The notes beneath the pieces were generated by a model. The model was not told the DNA's origin, did not search any database, and saw only the letters and a list, made by a program, of their open reading frames with translations. From Puniceicoccaceae bacterium (GTDB lineage: Bacteria; Verrucomicrobiota; Verrucomicrobiia; Opitutales; Oceanipulchritudinaceae), in contig JBFOMH010000012.1 of NCBI GenBank assembly GCA_040830765.1, positions 1-64,000 on the forward strand: a DNA stretch of 64,000 bases. The letters run 5' to 3'. This document shows, piece after piece, positions 38,681 through 49,249 of the stretch (position 1 is its first letter; every line of letters starts with the position of its first letter). The position numbers and the translations under genes are program-made.

Positions 38681-40216
38681 CTACCCCTGCATCCGTTCCG
38701 CCAGCCAGTTCTCGACTTCGTCCAGCTGGATGCGGACCTGCTCGGTGGTATCCCGATCGCGGATGGTCACGGTGCCGTCCTTCTCAATGGTATCGAAATC
38801 AATCGTAATGCAGTACGGGGTCCCGATTTCATCCTGGCGCCGGTAACGGCGGCCAATGGCACCGGAAACGTCCCAGGCCACGTTCCAGCGGCGCTGCAAG
38901 CGCTTGTAGAGCCCGCGGGCGGCCTCGACCAGCGGTGGCTTGTTCTTCAGGAGCGGGAAAACCGCCGCCTTGAACGGGGCCACCGAGGGATGGAACTTGA
39001 GAAGGGTCCGCGTTTCCGGGACGCCCTTGTCGTTAGGCACCTCGTCCTCGCAATAGGCGGCCGTGAGGACGGCCAGTACTGTCCGGTCAACCCCGAGTGA
39101 CGGCTCGACAACATGGGGAATGTACTTCTCCTTGCGTGCCTCGTCGAAGAATTCCATCGACTTGGTACTGTGCTTCTGGTGCTGGGTCAGGTCGAAATTC
39201 CCGCGGCAGGCAATCCCCCAGAGTTCCTGGACCCCAAACGGGAAGGTAAACATCAGGTCGGTTGTTCCCTTCGAGTAATGGGACAGCTTCTCCTGTGGGT
39301 GGACATCCTCGCTGACCATTTCCGCGGGTATCCCGATACTGACCAGCCATGCCTTGCAGGTGTCGATCCATTCCCGGTAGACGCGCGGCCAGGTCTCCTC
39401 GTCCGGATCGATGAAGTATTCAATCTCCATCTGTTCGAATTCCCGGGACCGGAAGATGAAGTTACGCGGGGTGATTTCGTTCCGGAAGGCCTTCCCGATT
39501 TGAGCAATACCGAAGGGAATCTTCACCCGCCCGGTATCGACCACATTCTTGAAATTCTGGAAAATGCCCTGCGCGGTTTCGGGACGGAGATAGGAAGTTG
39601 CCGAGGCATCGGCCAACGGCCCCACCTGGGTCTCAAACATCAAATTGAACTGGCGCGGCGGGGTCAGCGTCCCGGGCTTGCCGGTCGCCGGGCTGGGAAT
39701 GAGCTCGTACTCCTCCGGCTTGGCCTCCGTGTAGTCCTTGAGGACTATCGGGTCCAGCGTCCCCTGCACCGCCTGCTTGCGCTTCATTTCGGCGGCCTTT
39801 TCCTCGGCCTCCTGTTGCATGGTGCCGTTTTCCTCGACGGAGACATAGCCAATGACCTCTCCATCGACACTGACCGGGGAAAAGAAAAGCTGGTCTGCCC
39901 GGAAACGCTTCTTCGACTCCTTGCAATCGACCATCGGGTCGTTGAATCCGTCCACGTGCCCGCTGGCCCGCCAGATTTCCGGGTGCATGATGATCGTCGA
40001 ATCGAGGCCGACGATGTCGTCCCGTTCGTGCACCATCGCCTTCCACCAGGCGTCCTTGACGTTTTTCTTCAGCTCGACCCCGAGCGGGCCGTAATCAAAA
40101 AAGCCGGCATAACCGCCATAGATTTCGCTGGATTGGAAGATGAATCCGCGCCGCTTGCACAGGGTGACAAGCGCATCGAGGGTCGGCAGGCTGCCTTGGG
40201 CATTTGTTTCAGACAT
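38681..40216 (-). CDS. glyQS: Glycine-tRNA ligase, homodimeric (alpha2) type
   Basis: [40 protein letters not shown] and [14 protein letters not shown]. Start placed at ATG 40216. Confidence 0.95.
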   Translation of the reverse strand: MSETNAQGSLPTLDALVTLCKRRGFIFQSSEIYGGYAGFFDYGPLGVELKKNVKDAWWKAMVHERDDIVGLDSTIIMHPEIWRASGHVDGFNDPMVDCKESKKRFRADQLFFSPVSVDGEVIGYVSVEENGTMQQEAEEKAAEMKRKQAVQGTLDPIVLKDYTEAKPEEYELIPSPATGKPGTLTPPRQFNLMFETQVGPLADASATSYLRPETAQGIFQNFKNVVDTGRVKIPFGIAQIGKAFRNEITPRNFIFRSREFEQMEIEYFIDPDEETWPRVYREWIDTCKAWLVSIGIPAEMVSEDVHPQEKLSHYSKGTTDLMFTFPFGVQELWGIACRGNFDLTQHQKHSTKSMEFFDEARKEKYIPHVVEPSLGVDRTVLAVLTAAYCEDEVPNDKGVPETRTLLKFHPSVAPFKAAVFPLLKNKPPLVEAARGLYKRLQRRWNVAWDVSGAIGRRYRRQDEIGTPYCITIDFDTIEKDGTVTIRDRDTTEQVRIQLDEVENWLAERMQG

Positions 40217-40261
40217 AAGCGGCAATAAATGGGTCCCGTGCCGGAATTGGTCAATATTCAA

Positions 40262-41653
40262 TTACGATGCGGCGCTGGCTCCAACCCGCTCCAGCCGTCG
40301 AAGGACGCAATCGCGCCCGAGGACCTCCAGCATGGGAAGGAAATCCGGGCCGCTGGAGACGCCACTGACTGCAAAGCGGGTCAGCGGCCACCAGCGGAAG
40401 GGCTTCTCCTGATCGTGGGCAGTCGCAAGCGCATTGAAAGCGGCATCCAGCGAGGCAACGTTCCAGTCGCCTGCTTCCACCTTGGAGAGGGCGTCCTTCA
40501 CCTGGCCGGCCAGCTCGGCCGGCTCCCCCTTCTTGAGGATCTTGTTTTTCGTCTTCTCATCCTCGGGATAGTCATCGGTGAAGAAATAGCCACAGAACTC
40601 CGGCAACGCTTCCAGCGAGGTAATCTTCTCCTGGCAGATGGCCAGCACCCGTTGCAGGTGATCCTCGCTGTGGTCTTCAGCAATGAGGCCCTTCGCTGTC
40701 AGCACCGGCCGGGCAAACCAGGCATAAGTCTCAACCGGCAATTCCTTCAGGTACTGGAAATTGATGTGGGCGGTCTTGGCCTCGTCGAAACGGGCGGCTC
40801 CCTTCTGGATGTCCTTGATATCAAAGGCCTCGATGATCTCCCCGATATCCATGACCTCGCGGTCATCACCAGGATTCCAGCCCAGCAGGGCGATGGCATT
40901 GCGCACCGCGGCGGGGAGGAAATAGCGTTCCTCGTATTCCTCAATGAGGGCCCCCTTGTCGCGCTTGCTCATTTTCCCCTTCCCCATTTTCGGGTCCTTC
41001 AAAATGAGCGGCAAGTGGGCAAACTGCGGCGGCTTGACCCCGAAGGCATTAAAAAGCTCAACATGCTTGCTGGTGTTGCTCAGGTGGTCTTCCCCGCGGA
41101 TGACGTGGGTAATGCCCATGGCAATGTCGTCGACGACGTTGACAAAGTGAAAGGTCGGGCTGCCGTCGGAGCGGACAATGACGAAGTCCCGGCTTTCCGC
41201 CCGGACAACCTTGCCCCGGATGGCGTCATCAATTTCCACCGGTGCGGCCTTCACCTTCTCGATCTCCTTGCCGTGGTACTCGTCGAACTCGGTGTAGCGC
41301 TCCCCTTCCAACTTGAAAAAAGTGGCCCCTTCCTGCTCGTACGTCCGACCGGCTGCTTCCAGCTTGGCAAGGTATTCCTTGTAGATTTCGCTCCGCTGGC
41401 TCTGGAAATAAGGACCATGATCACCCCCGATCTCGGGGCCTTCATCCCAGTCCATACCCAGCCAGCGCATGCCCTTGAGCAGGACTTCCAACGCTTCCTC
41501 GGTGTTGCGGGCAGCATCCGTATCCTCGATGCGGAGGATGAACTTTCCGCCGGTGTGGCGGGCATAAAGCCAGTTAAACAAGGCCGTGCGGGCGCTTCCA
41601 ATATGGAAGAACCCGGTCGGGCTGGGGGCAAATCGTACGCGGACTTCTGACAT
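40262..41653 (-). CDS. gltX: Glutamate-tRNA ligase
   Basis: [18 protein letters not shown] and KMSKR. Confidence 0.95.
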   Translation of the reverse strand: MSEVRVRFAPSPTGFFHIGSARTALFNWLYARHTGGKFILRIEDTDAARNTEEALEVLLKGMRWLGMDWDEGPEIGGDHGPYFQSQRSEIYKEYLAKLEAAGRTYEQEGATFFKLEGERYTEFDEYHGKEIEKVKAAPVEIDDAIRGKVVRAESRDFVIVRSDGSPTFHFVNVVDDIAMGITHVIRGEDHLSNTSKHVELFNAFGVKPPQFAHLPLILKDPKMGKGKMSKRDKGALIEEYEERYFLPAAVRNAIALLGWNPGDDREVMDIGEIIEAFDIKDIQKGAARFDEAKTAHINFQYLKELPVETYAWFARPVLTAKGLIAEDHSEDHLQRVLAICQEKITSLEALPEFCGYFFTDDYPEDEKTKNKILKKGEPAELAGQVKDALSKVEAGDWNVASLDAAFNALATAHDQEKPFRWWPLTRFAVSGVSSGPDFLPMLEVLGRDCVLRRLERVGASAAS

Positions 41654-41719
41654 AAGGGGACAAGGTTGTTTGCCTTTCCGTTTGAATTCAAGGCCGATTC
41701 AAGGAATGTTACCGCCCAT

Positions 41720-42469
41720 ATGAACATCGAGGCCTATATTGACCGTCTGGAAGCAGCTGCTGGGCGCTGTGGATTCACCCTTTCCTTCTACGGCCAGATC
41801 GGCGAGTCCGGCCTGCCGGTGCTTGAACGCCAATCCGCCGAGGACGCTCCCCAGGTCTATATTTCCACCGGCGTGCACGGGGATGAACCGGCCGGGCCGA
41901 TGGCCCTGCTCGAACTGCTGCGCCGCAAGGCCTTTCCTGATTCCGCCAATTATACCTTCTTTCCTATGGTCAACCCGACCGGACTTGCCGCCGGTACCCG
42001 GGAAAATGCGGACGGCGTTGACCTTAACCGCGATTACGGGCTCACACCGGTTGCTGAGGAAACCCGCAACCAACTGGAATGGATTGGCCAGCGGCAATTT
42101 GACCTCTGTCTCTGCCTGCACGAGGACTACGATGGTGAAGGCTTCTACGTCTACGCCCATGAGGAAGCGACTGATCCCAATGATTATGCAGGGATCGCGA
42201 TCGAGGCCGCCGCGCCGCATACCGGAATCGATCCAAGGGAGGAAATCGACGAGATGCCGGCCAAGGATGGCCGCATGTTCCCACCCATGGATGTCATGGA
42301 CAAGTCACGACAAGATTTGCCGGAGGCCCTGCGGCTACTCTTTCACCACGGTGCCAAGGCCAGTGTGACTACGGAAACGCCCTCCTGCCAGCCCATTACC
42401 CAGCGTATCGAGGCCCAATGCGCGGTCGTTCAGGCCATCCTCAAGGCCTATCTCGAAAAACACGCCTAG
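41720..42469 (+). CDS. M14-family zinc carboxypeptidase/desuccinylase-like protein
   Basis: GVHGDEPAG, NADGVDLNRD, LHED and TTETP. Confidence 0.8.
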   Translation: MNIEAYIDRLEAAAGRCGFTLSFYGQIGESGLPVLERQSAEDAPQVYISTGVHGDEPAGPMALLELLRRKAFPDSANYTFFPMVNPTGLAAGTRENADGVDLNRDYGLTPVAEETRNQLEWIGQRQFDLCLCLHEDYDGEGFYVYAHEEATDPNDYAGIAIEAAAPHTGIDPREEIDEMPAKDGRMFPPMDVMDKSRQDLPEALRLLFHHGAKASVTTETPSCQPITQRIEAQCAVVQAILKAYLEKHA

Positions 42470-42861
42470 ACCGTGAAGCGGGTGTGCTTGTTGATGCAGT
42501 CCTTGAGGATTCCCGAGTTGATCGGCTTGGTCATGAAATCATCAAGCCCCTTTTCCATCGCCTCGGCATCACTTCCCCGCATCGCATCCGCCGTCAGGGC
42601 GACAATTGGCGGACATTTGTCACCAAGATCGCGCTTGATGATCTGAGTTGCTTCCACCCCGTCCATACCCGGCATGTGCAGGTCCATCAGGATCAGGTCG
42701 AAGGTCTCGGCCTTCGCTTTATCCACTGCCTCCTGCCCGCTCTCCGCCGTCTCGGCAGAAACTCCCAGCCGATTAAGTATCAACAAGGCCAGTTTCTGGT
42801 TAACCTTGTTGTCTTCAGCTAAAAGTATGCGGCAGGACTCACTGTTTTTTGGTTCATCCAT
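42466..42861 (-). CDS. Single-domain response regulator (CheY-like)
   Basis: LAEDN, LMDLHMPGMDG, ALTA and KP. Confidence 0.9.
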   Translation of the reverse strand: MDEPKNSESCRILLAEDNKVNQKLALLILNRLGVSAETAESGQEAVDKAKAETFDLILMDLHMPGMDGVEATQIIKRDLGDKCPPIVALTADAMRGSDAEAMEKGLDDFMTKPINSGILKDCINKHTRFTV

Positions 42862-42961
42862 TCAGTCGATCAAGAATTCCTCTAAATACCTAGAGATTGT
42901 CGCTTCACATGTAAATGAAATAAAGCTGAAAAATAGTGGGTTTCTAATTATAAAACCCGGT

Positions 42962-43900
42962 CTACACCTCAGATATACCGCCGTCTGACACATCCAAAGC
43001 CGGCTTTTCCCACGCCACGGAATAATCCCGTCCGCTCTCAGACGGATTGCCTCCCGGTCCATACCCGGAGATATCCAATACGGATTCCAAGGGGACAAAT
43101 TGTTCCTGGATGCCATCTTTGGATACCCTGAATTCCAGGAATCCCAGCGTGTCGTCCCCATCCGGCCAGCGGTCTCCCCACTGCGGAAAGGCCGTTGACG
43201 GTGCCATCTGAAAAACGATTCCCTCCACCTCGACACGCCGTCGGCAATGGATGTGTCCGGTAATGACCAGGTCTGCCCGTGTCCGCTTAAATGTATCGAA
43301 CATCCGGCTACGGTGTGGCTCATCGACGCCAAAGTACCAGGCATTGCGGTCGGTCTCGACGTCCCAGTTTGGTTCCTCAAGGCGATCAATGAAGAGCGCC
43401 GGATGCATCATCCAGACGTGGTACTGCACCCCCGGATCCCGTTCCACGTTATCCATCCACTGCCACATTTCCAATTCTTCGGGCAGGCCTGAGCCGGCGA
43501 GGAAGGCATCAAAGGCACTGAACTGGACATTGCGGTGGACAAATGACCATGCGGACGGACCGAAGACGGAGCGGTAGTTGTCGATGTAACGCGGCTGCAC
43601 GCTGACCGGATCACCGGGACGGAACTTGTTGCCGACCTCGTGATTGCCGGGGATGGCATACCAGGGAAAGGGCATGGCATCGAATTCTCCCCTCGCCAGC
43701 TCCAGCTCGAAGCGGTGGGTTGCCCCGTCGCGGGTCATGTCGCCACCGACGAGGAGTAGCTCCGGCTGAAGATCGAGGATCTGTCGCCGGGCGGTCTGCC
43801 AGTTGGCATTCCATGCCGGCTGAAAGCGATAGGAACGCGGTGTCCCGATGTGCATGTCGGTGACGTGGATGAAGGTCCACTCATGGTCCGGCGCTGTCAT
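42962..43900 (-). CDS. Calcineurin-like metallophosphoesterase
   Basis: TDMH, GGDMT, PGNHE and TGHIH. Confidence 0.85.
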   Translation of the reverse strand: MTAPDHEWTFIHVTDMHIGTPRSYRFQPAWNANWQTARRQILDLQPELLLVGGDMTRDGATHRFELELARGEFDAMPFPWYAIPGNHEVGNKFRPGDPVSVQPRYIDNYRSVFGPSAWSFVHRNVQFSAFDAFLAGSGLPEELEMWQWMDNVERDPGVQYHVWMMHPALFIDRLEEPNWDVETDRNAWYFGVDEPHRSRMFDTFKRTRADLVITGHIHCRRRVEVEGIVFQMAPSTAFPQWGDRWPDGDDTLGFLEFRVSKDGIQEQFVPLESVLDISGYGPGGNPSESGRDYSVAWEKPALDVSDGGISEV

Positions 43901-45792
43901 GATTTCGTCCTTGGCCGCATCCGGTACATACCAAATCCGATGAGCAGGAGGAGCCCACTGATTCCGAGAACAGAGCCGCGGGCGAGGTTGTTATCAGCCA
44001 ATGGCAGGATGACCAGACAGAGGGCTCCCATGAACAGCGTCACCAGGCCGACGAGAGAGTAGCTCTTGACAACATCATCCCCCTCGGCCTCCAGTTCCTT
44101 CTCCGGATCGATGGGGGTATTCAGTTTTTCAAAGAACTGGTCCACTACCGACTGGTCTTTTTCAATATCGCGGGCATGCCACTTGCCAAATCCGATGACC
44201 AGGAACCCGTAGGCCAGGGCCGCCCCAATCGGCCAGACCAGGCCATCCGCCCCGGCCTGCTGGCCAAGGAACCGGTACAGGATGAAAACTAGAATCCCAA
44301 AGCCGATACCAAGGACGATCACACCGGCCCGCGTCTTGCGGAACAGCATCCCCAGCGGCATGGAGGTGTAGAGGAACAGCACTCCAGCGGCGATGGTCAA
44401 CAGGTACTGCACGCCGAGGGAATAGCCAAAGTAGAAGCGAATGGAGGTCGCCATGATCACCCCCGCCAGGATCGAGGCAATGCCACTCCAGCGGGTGATT
44501 CGCCGACTCCATAGCCCCGCCACCATGGGAATCGTCACCGGGATGCCAAACAGCCCCAGCACGATGTTGCTGATGGTGAACAACCCGAGGTCGCTATGAA
44601 TGATCAGCAGCGCCATGACCACGGCAATGACACTCAGGCCGACGATGGTCAGCCGGCCAACGAGGAGGGTCTGCTTCTCGGTCGCGTTTGGCTTGAGTAT
44701 CCCCTTGTAGATGTCCACTGAGACAATTGAGGAGACTGTGTTCCAGACACTGTCGAGGGCGGACATCGAGGCCGCCATCATGGCGGACAGGAACACCCCG
44801 ACCATGCCGATGGGCAGGTACTGCATGACCACCGCGATGAAGATGTTTTCGTCAGGCTTGGTGACACTGGAGAAGTGGGCCAGCTCGCCTATGTCCGGGA
44901 AGAGGATGAGGCCCACCAGCGGCGGGACGCCAAAGAGAATGGGACTGGTCAGGAAGAGCGCGAAGCCGAGCCAGCCGACCTTCATGGCCGCCTTTTCGTC
45001 ACGCACGCTGTAGAAGCGCTGGGCCTTGTCGCCGACCATGTTGCCGAAGACCCCGGCCACCATGAAGCCAATCAGGTAGTATTCGTTATAGACCGTGTTC
45101 CCCCGCACCACATGGTCGAACTCCAGCGGCGGCAGCGCTTTCAGGAACTCCAGCGGCGTCCCCACATCACCGGATAAGAAGATCACCGGAATCAGCACCA
45201 GGCAGATGCAGAAAAGGATGATGAACTGGACCACATCCGTCACGCATACCGCCCAGAAGCCACCCGATATCGTGTAGACGAGGATGAAGATTCCCGCCGC
45301 GATGATCATGATGTCGATCGCCGAGGGCATTCCCGGGAAAAGCGTCGGTGCACAGATCTTGGCCAGCGAGGCCAGGTGATGACCCGGCCAGTACATCATG
45401 CTGAGGATCATCATGATGCTCAGGAAAAGGTGCGTCGGCTTGTTATAGCGGGTCCGTACATACTCCACCGGCGAGGTTACCCGCGAACGCCGCCAGCGCC
45501 GGGCCGATAAAAGAAAGCCGACCAGGAAGCCGGCCGGCTTGACCGCGAAGAAGAGCACCCCGAACATGCCCGTGTTGTAGACAAAGCTCGCCGCCCCGGT
45601 GAACATCCAGGCCGAAAAGGTCGTCATGTAGAGCGAGACTCCGGCCGCCCACCAGGGAATGTGATTCCCCCCGACAAAGAACTCCTTCCCGCCCTTCATG
45701 AAGCGCGAAAAGGCAAACCCTATCCCGAGCATCAGCCCTAGATAGATGAAGATGACAATCAAGTCTATGTGCCGGATTTCAGCCACGCCCAA
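43897..45792 (-). CDS. Sodium:solute symporter family transporter
   Basis: FFVGG..IPWW..G.S, GG..AV..TD..QF, QR.YS and AASMS. The start codon is uncertain. Confidence 0.88.
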   Translation of the reverse strand: MGVAEIRHIDLIVIFIYLGLMLGIGFAFSRFMKGGKEFFVGGNHIPWWAAGVSLYMTTFSAWMFTGAASFVYNTGMFGVLFFAVKPAGFLVGFLLSARRWRRSRVTSPVEYVRTRYNKPTHLFLSIMMILSMMYWPGHHLASLAKICAPTLFPGMPSAIDIMIIAAGIFILVYTISGGFWAVCVTDVVQFIILFCICLVLIPVIFLSGDVGTPLEFLKALPPLEFDHVVRGNTVYNEYYLIGFMVAGVFGNMVGDKAQRFYSVRDEKAAMKVGWLGFALFLTSPILFGVPPLVGLILFPDIGELAHFSSVTKPDENIFIAVVMQYLPIGMVGVFLSAMMAASMSALDSVWNTVSSIVSVDIYKGILKPNATEKQTLLVGRLTIVGLSVIAVVMALLIIHSDLGLFTISNIVLGLFGIPVTIPMVAGLWSRRITRWSGIASILAGVIMATSIRFYFGYSLGVQYLLTIAAGVLFLYTSMPLGMLFRKTRAGVIVLGIGFGILVFILYRFLGQQAGADGLVWPIGAALAYGFLVIGFGKWHARDIEKDQSVVDQFFEKLNTPIDPEKELEAEGDDVVKSYSLVGLVTLFMGALCLVILPLADNNLARGSVLGISGLLLLIGFGMYRMRPRTKS

Positions 45793-45905
45793 AGCAATGG
45801 GCCAGAATGTGGCAATTTACGGCTTGCGGGGCAACAGGGAATTTACGAGCCAGAAAAACCTGATTCCGGTTACAGGTTGTCATTAGTGACACACAAGTCG
45901 TTCCT

Positions 45906-47927
45906 TCAATTCCCAGAGAACGAGGGGAATGAGTCTGGGGCAACGACGACTCGAACATCCTTCAGCGAGATCCCATGAATATTCGTGGTATTCAGTCTCA
46001 GGACATAGGATCCCGGCTGGTCGAATATGACCGCAGTCGTGGGATTATGCCGATCGACAAACTCAGCCTCGCCCGGGCCGCTGATCAACTCCCAGTAACT
46101 TCTCGAGCTTCCGCTCACCTTTGCCGGTAACTCAAGCGTGGCTTTGGAAGTCCGGACAAGCGGTCCAATTTCGATCACAGGAAGCGAGTTTCCCGTGAAG
46201 GCGATTTCCAGAATCGGCCGGCGCTCGGCTATCGTTACATCCGAAGCAAAGCACATCACCCCGTTGGCGCCTGCCTCTGCTTCAGGAGCCAGCAGGAGTA
46301 GATTGAGACTTTCCCCCGATCTGAGCGAATCGAGCGCGGTGGCCACCATCGCTGCACTGCTGGGAAAGGTCATGTATCCCGGAGTGTCCGGTCCTTCGGG
46401 GCCGAGGCTCGATAAGACTGATTCAAGAAAGTCGCCTCCCGGCATGGCCCAAGGTTTTCCTGGCTGGCTATCCTTCCATGTTGAGCCGGTGCCAACGCCA
46501 TCAACCCTGAACCCATCTCCATCGCCCTCCGAGAACTCACTTAATAGCTGCCGAATTTCAATTACCGGGGCCGCCCCCCCATAACTACCTTTTTTCCACA
46601 GTTTCAGTTCAACTGAATGGAGCTCGGCATCCGCAGGGAGTGCCCGGAGATCGAAGGAAAGCAATGAACGGAGACGCTTGCCCTTCTGTTTTCCCACCCG
46701 CAGGTCATCATCGCGGCCCATGGTCTTGTCGGGCTCGGCTTCAGAAAGCGTTGTTGAGGCAGCCACCTGTCCGCTTACCCCGTGAATGAACTGCCGCACA
46801 ACTGGCACAGCAACTGATACTGAAATAGTGGCTGCTTGAACGGGAGATTCAGCTACCGGCAGACACTGCAGGACGTAAGCGCCGGGCTCGGAGAACCGGG
46901 CAGATGTTGAGGGCGAGGCAGGGTCATCAAACTTGACCTCCCCCGGTCCCGAGGACTTAGACCATGCTACAGAGGCCACCGACTCACTCCCCTGCCCCAC
47001 AGCCTTGGCAAGCAACTGCAAGGCGTGATCCGTATCCGGCAGCGCGATGCCGTTGACGGGATCAGGACTCAGGATTTCAACCCCGACAACGGGCAGTTTC
47101 TCAAAGATACGTATGTAGTCATACTGTGTCTCAGCAGGCAGCTGGGTATCATCCACTGCCGTTGTCTTGGGACCAAGTTTCGCTGCAAGGCAGGACAACC
47201 AGACATTGAAATCATTGTGGGGGAACTGCGATGCCTCAGCCACCCGAACCAACTCGCCATTGAAAAAGTAGCGCAATTCGGTCGGGGTAAATTCCATTCC
47301 ATAGACATGGAAATCCTCGGCAAGCGACACCTCGGGATAAATCTGCTTGGTTCCGATCTTGCGATGGATATGAGGCAACCATTGATGGGCGTCGACCTGG
47401 TAATGATGGGGATCTGACGAGTCATTCTCCACCACGTCCAACTCAATGTGGACGGAATCCCTGGGTAAAGTATTGAGCACCTTGTCTCGCATCATCCAGA
47501 AGGAGGAGTGCCAACCCTCTCCCTTCGGGGTCTTCATCCGCGTCTCGTAGTAACCATAGCGGAAGAGCCCCTTTGTTATGATACCCCCTCCGGTGTACTC
47601 CTTGCCGTTGGCCTGCTCCTTTCGCAAATGAATCCGGTAGAGCCCATCCGACTCGGAATTGTTGGCCGGGAGCATCGTGCTCCACAGCTTGGACCCGGTG
47701 CGATAGTACCACTTGGACTCGTCAATGGACCCGTCATTAAACTCATCCGACCAGGACAAACGGTATCCATCCACCACATTCCCGTGCGGTTGTACGGCCG
47801 GATCGCTGGCCGGATCGATTCCCTGGCCAAAGCTGAATGGAGTAGCTGCGAGGTAAAACGAACTGAGGAATAAACTCCTTACCAGTTGTTTCAGGTTCAG
47901 GGTAATGAGGGTAACAATCCTGGTCAT
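45906..47927 (-). CDS. Secreted GH16 glycoside hydrolase with PKD-like and DNRLRE-like modules
   Basis: WSDEF, ELDVVE, FHVYG.E.TP; two W...SGPG.V.F......T...F..PG.YVL units; RSLLSFDL. Confidence 0.85.
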   Translation of the reverse strand: MTRIVTLITLNLKQLVRSLFLSSFYLAATPFSFGQGIDPASDPAVQPHGNVVDGYRLSWSDEFNDGSIDESKWYYRTGSKLWSTMLPANNSESDGLYRIHLRKEQANGKEYTGGGIITKGLFRYGYYETRMKTPKGEGWHSSFWMMRDKVLNTLPRDSVHIELDVVENDSSDPHHYQVDAHQWLPHIHRKIGTKQIYPEVSLAEDFHVYGMEFTPTELRYFFNGELVRVAEASQFPHNDFNVWLSCLAAKLGPKTTAVDDTQLPAETQYDYIRIFEKLPVVGVEILSPDPVNGIALPDTDHALQLLAKAVGQGSESVASVAWSKSSGPGEVKFDDPASPSTSARFSEPGAYVLQCLPVAESPVQAATISVSVAVPVVRQFIHGVSGQVAASTTLSEAEPDKTMGRDDDLRVGKQKGKRLRSLLSFDLRALPADAELHSVELKLWKKGSYGGAAPVIEIRQLLSEFSEGDGDGFRVDGVGTGSTWKDSQPGKPWAMPGGDFLESVLSSLGPEGPDTPGYMTFPSSAAMVATALDSLRSGESLNLLLLAPEAEAGANGVMCFASDVTIAERRPILEIAFTGNSLPVIEIGPLVRTSKATLELPAKVSGSSRSYWELISGPGEAEFVDRHNPTTAVIFDQPGSYVLRLNTTNIHGISLKDVRVVVAPDSFPSFSGN

Positions 47928-47934
47928 GATCAGG

Positions 47935-47997
47935 ATTTTATAAAATAAAGTCTCTACTGACTATGCATTATACGGTGCTTCATATTCCTTTTTGGAC
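47935..47997 (-). promoter_or_regulatory. Direct-repeat activator site plus -10 box (TAAAAT)
   Basis: GTCCAAAAAGGAATAT and ACCGTATAATGCATAG are 21 bp apart; the -10 box lies 20 nt further on. This is the weakest of the four matches. Confidence 0.45.
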
Positions 47998-48066
47998 CTT
48001 GTGCGATTCGACGACTCAGCGTCACGCAGCTTGGCCCGCTAGATATCTTTGGGAGCCACTTCCGCT

Positions 48067-49179
48067 TCAGTCTTTGGAATCCAATTCGTAATACGAAAGG
48101 GTATAAGGCTTGCTGTGGCCGGAGTTAACCATACCCGGGCTGCTCATGAGGTCAAAATTCGAAATCACGACCTTGCCCTCGTAAACCATCAGGTCCGCCG
48201 GCTGATCGAGTTCTCCATTGGCACCATCATTATCCGGATACTCAGCCAGGACCTTGATTTCACCCTTTGGGCTCACTCGGTAGAGTCGATTCTTGGCAAA
48301 GGCCGCGCAATAGAGGTTGTCATCCGCATCCATACACATGCCATCTATCGCGGCATCGTTCGGAAGCTGGGCGTAAACCTCTTCACTTATCATTTCTCCA
48401 GCATCGTCCAGCTTGAGCTTATGGATCGTGCCGTCGCCCAGGTTGCCCACAAAAAGATTCCCTTCCTTGTCAAATGCGAGCCCGTCCAGCCCCATCCTAC
48501 GCTCCTGGTTCTTCACGTTCACGGCGAAGACCAGATTCGTATCCTCTCTTGTATTGCTCACGGCCACATTCCGGTCGGTGTAGGCAAAGCGATACACCCC
48601 GCCTGTCATACGGCCGGGCGCATACTGAGGCATTACTGGCTGGGTAACGTAAACTGCCCCATCCCGACAGCGAACCCCGTTAGGCGACTGCATGCCCATC
48701 GCAACCGTCTCCGTGCTCACCAGTCTATCGTCCTCGAATACCATCCGTAAAAGCCGGCCGCGGTTGGGGCCTTGGGTATCCGCCACGTACAAGGCTCCGT
48801 CCTCGCCATAGGCAATGCCCATCGGATTTGTTCGGTCCCCACCCTCGGGAAGGGGAATTTCAGCAAGCTTGGTTACCTTACCTTCGGACGTCACCTTAAC
48901 CAGCACCCCCGGCTGGGACTGGTCCGCAAAGTTCGGACAGCTCAATGTCAGACTTCCGTCTGGCGCAATGGCAAACGCATCGGGGGTCGGGCAATAGTCA
49001 GGTAATGTCGCGAACAGCTTTGTGGTCTGCAAAGAGCCTGGCGCTGCTGTGTCCTGAGTACCATAAAATCGGTCCGCGCTTGATGCGCTAGCCGATTCAA
49101 CTGCGATAGTTGGTTGTAATGCCACTAGGGACAAAGCAGCTCCCACGATAGTAGTTCGAGATATACTGTTTTTTCGCAT
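48067..49179 (-). CDS. Secreted SMP-30/gluconolactonase-like beta-propeller
   Basis: Signal peptide; PDA, PMG, PNG, LDG and IDG blade motifs. Start placed at ATG 49179. Confidence 0.8.
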   Translation of the reverse strand: MRKNSISRTTIVGAALSLVALQPTIAVESASASSADRFYGTQDTAAPGSLQTTKLFATLPDYCPTPDAFAIAPDGSLTLSCPNFADQSQPGVLVKVTSEGKVTKLAEIPLPEGGDRTNPMGIAYGEDGALYVADTQGPNRGRLLRMVFEDDRLVSTETVAMGMQSPNGVRCRDGAVYVTQPVMPQYAPGRMTGGVYRFAYTDRNVAVSNTREDTNLVFAVNVKNQERRMGLDGLAFDKEGNLFVGNLGDGTIHKLKLDDAGEMISEEVYAQLPNDAAIDGMCMDADDNLYCAAFAKNRLYRVSPKGEIKVLAEYPDNDGANGELDQPADLMVYEGKVVISNFDLMSSPGMVNSGHSKPYTLSYYELDSKD

Positions 49180-49249
49180 AGGTTTTCTTAATCGGGTATC
49201 GTTCAGGGGTGAATGAATCGAAAAGGACGTGCGGGCAGTAAAACCGGAA

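Noticed and set aside
40229..41650. 473-aa ORF antisense to gltX, and similar long antisense ORFs over lepB, glyQS, secDF and the GH16 genes
   Set aside because: These are shadow ORFs expected from the codon bias of GC-rich genes; they show no motifs and overlap well-supported genes almost entirely.
45801..45816. Fifth copy of the regulon motif (GCCAGAATGTGGCAAT)
   Set aside because: A single half-site in the opposite orientation to the adjacent gene, with no partner at 21 bp.
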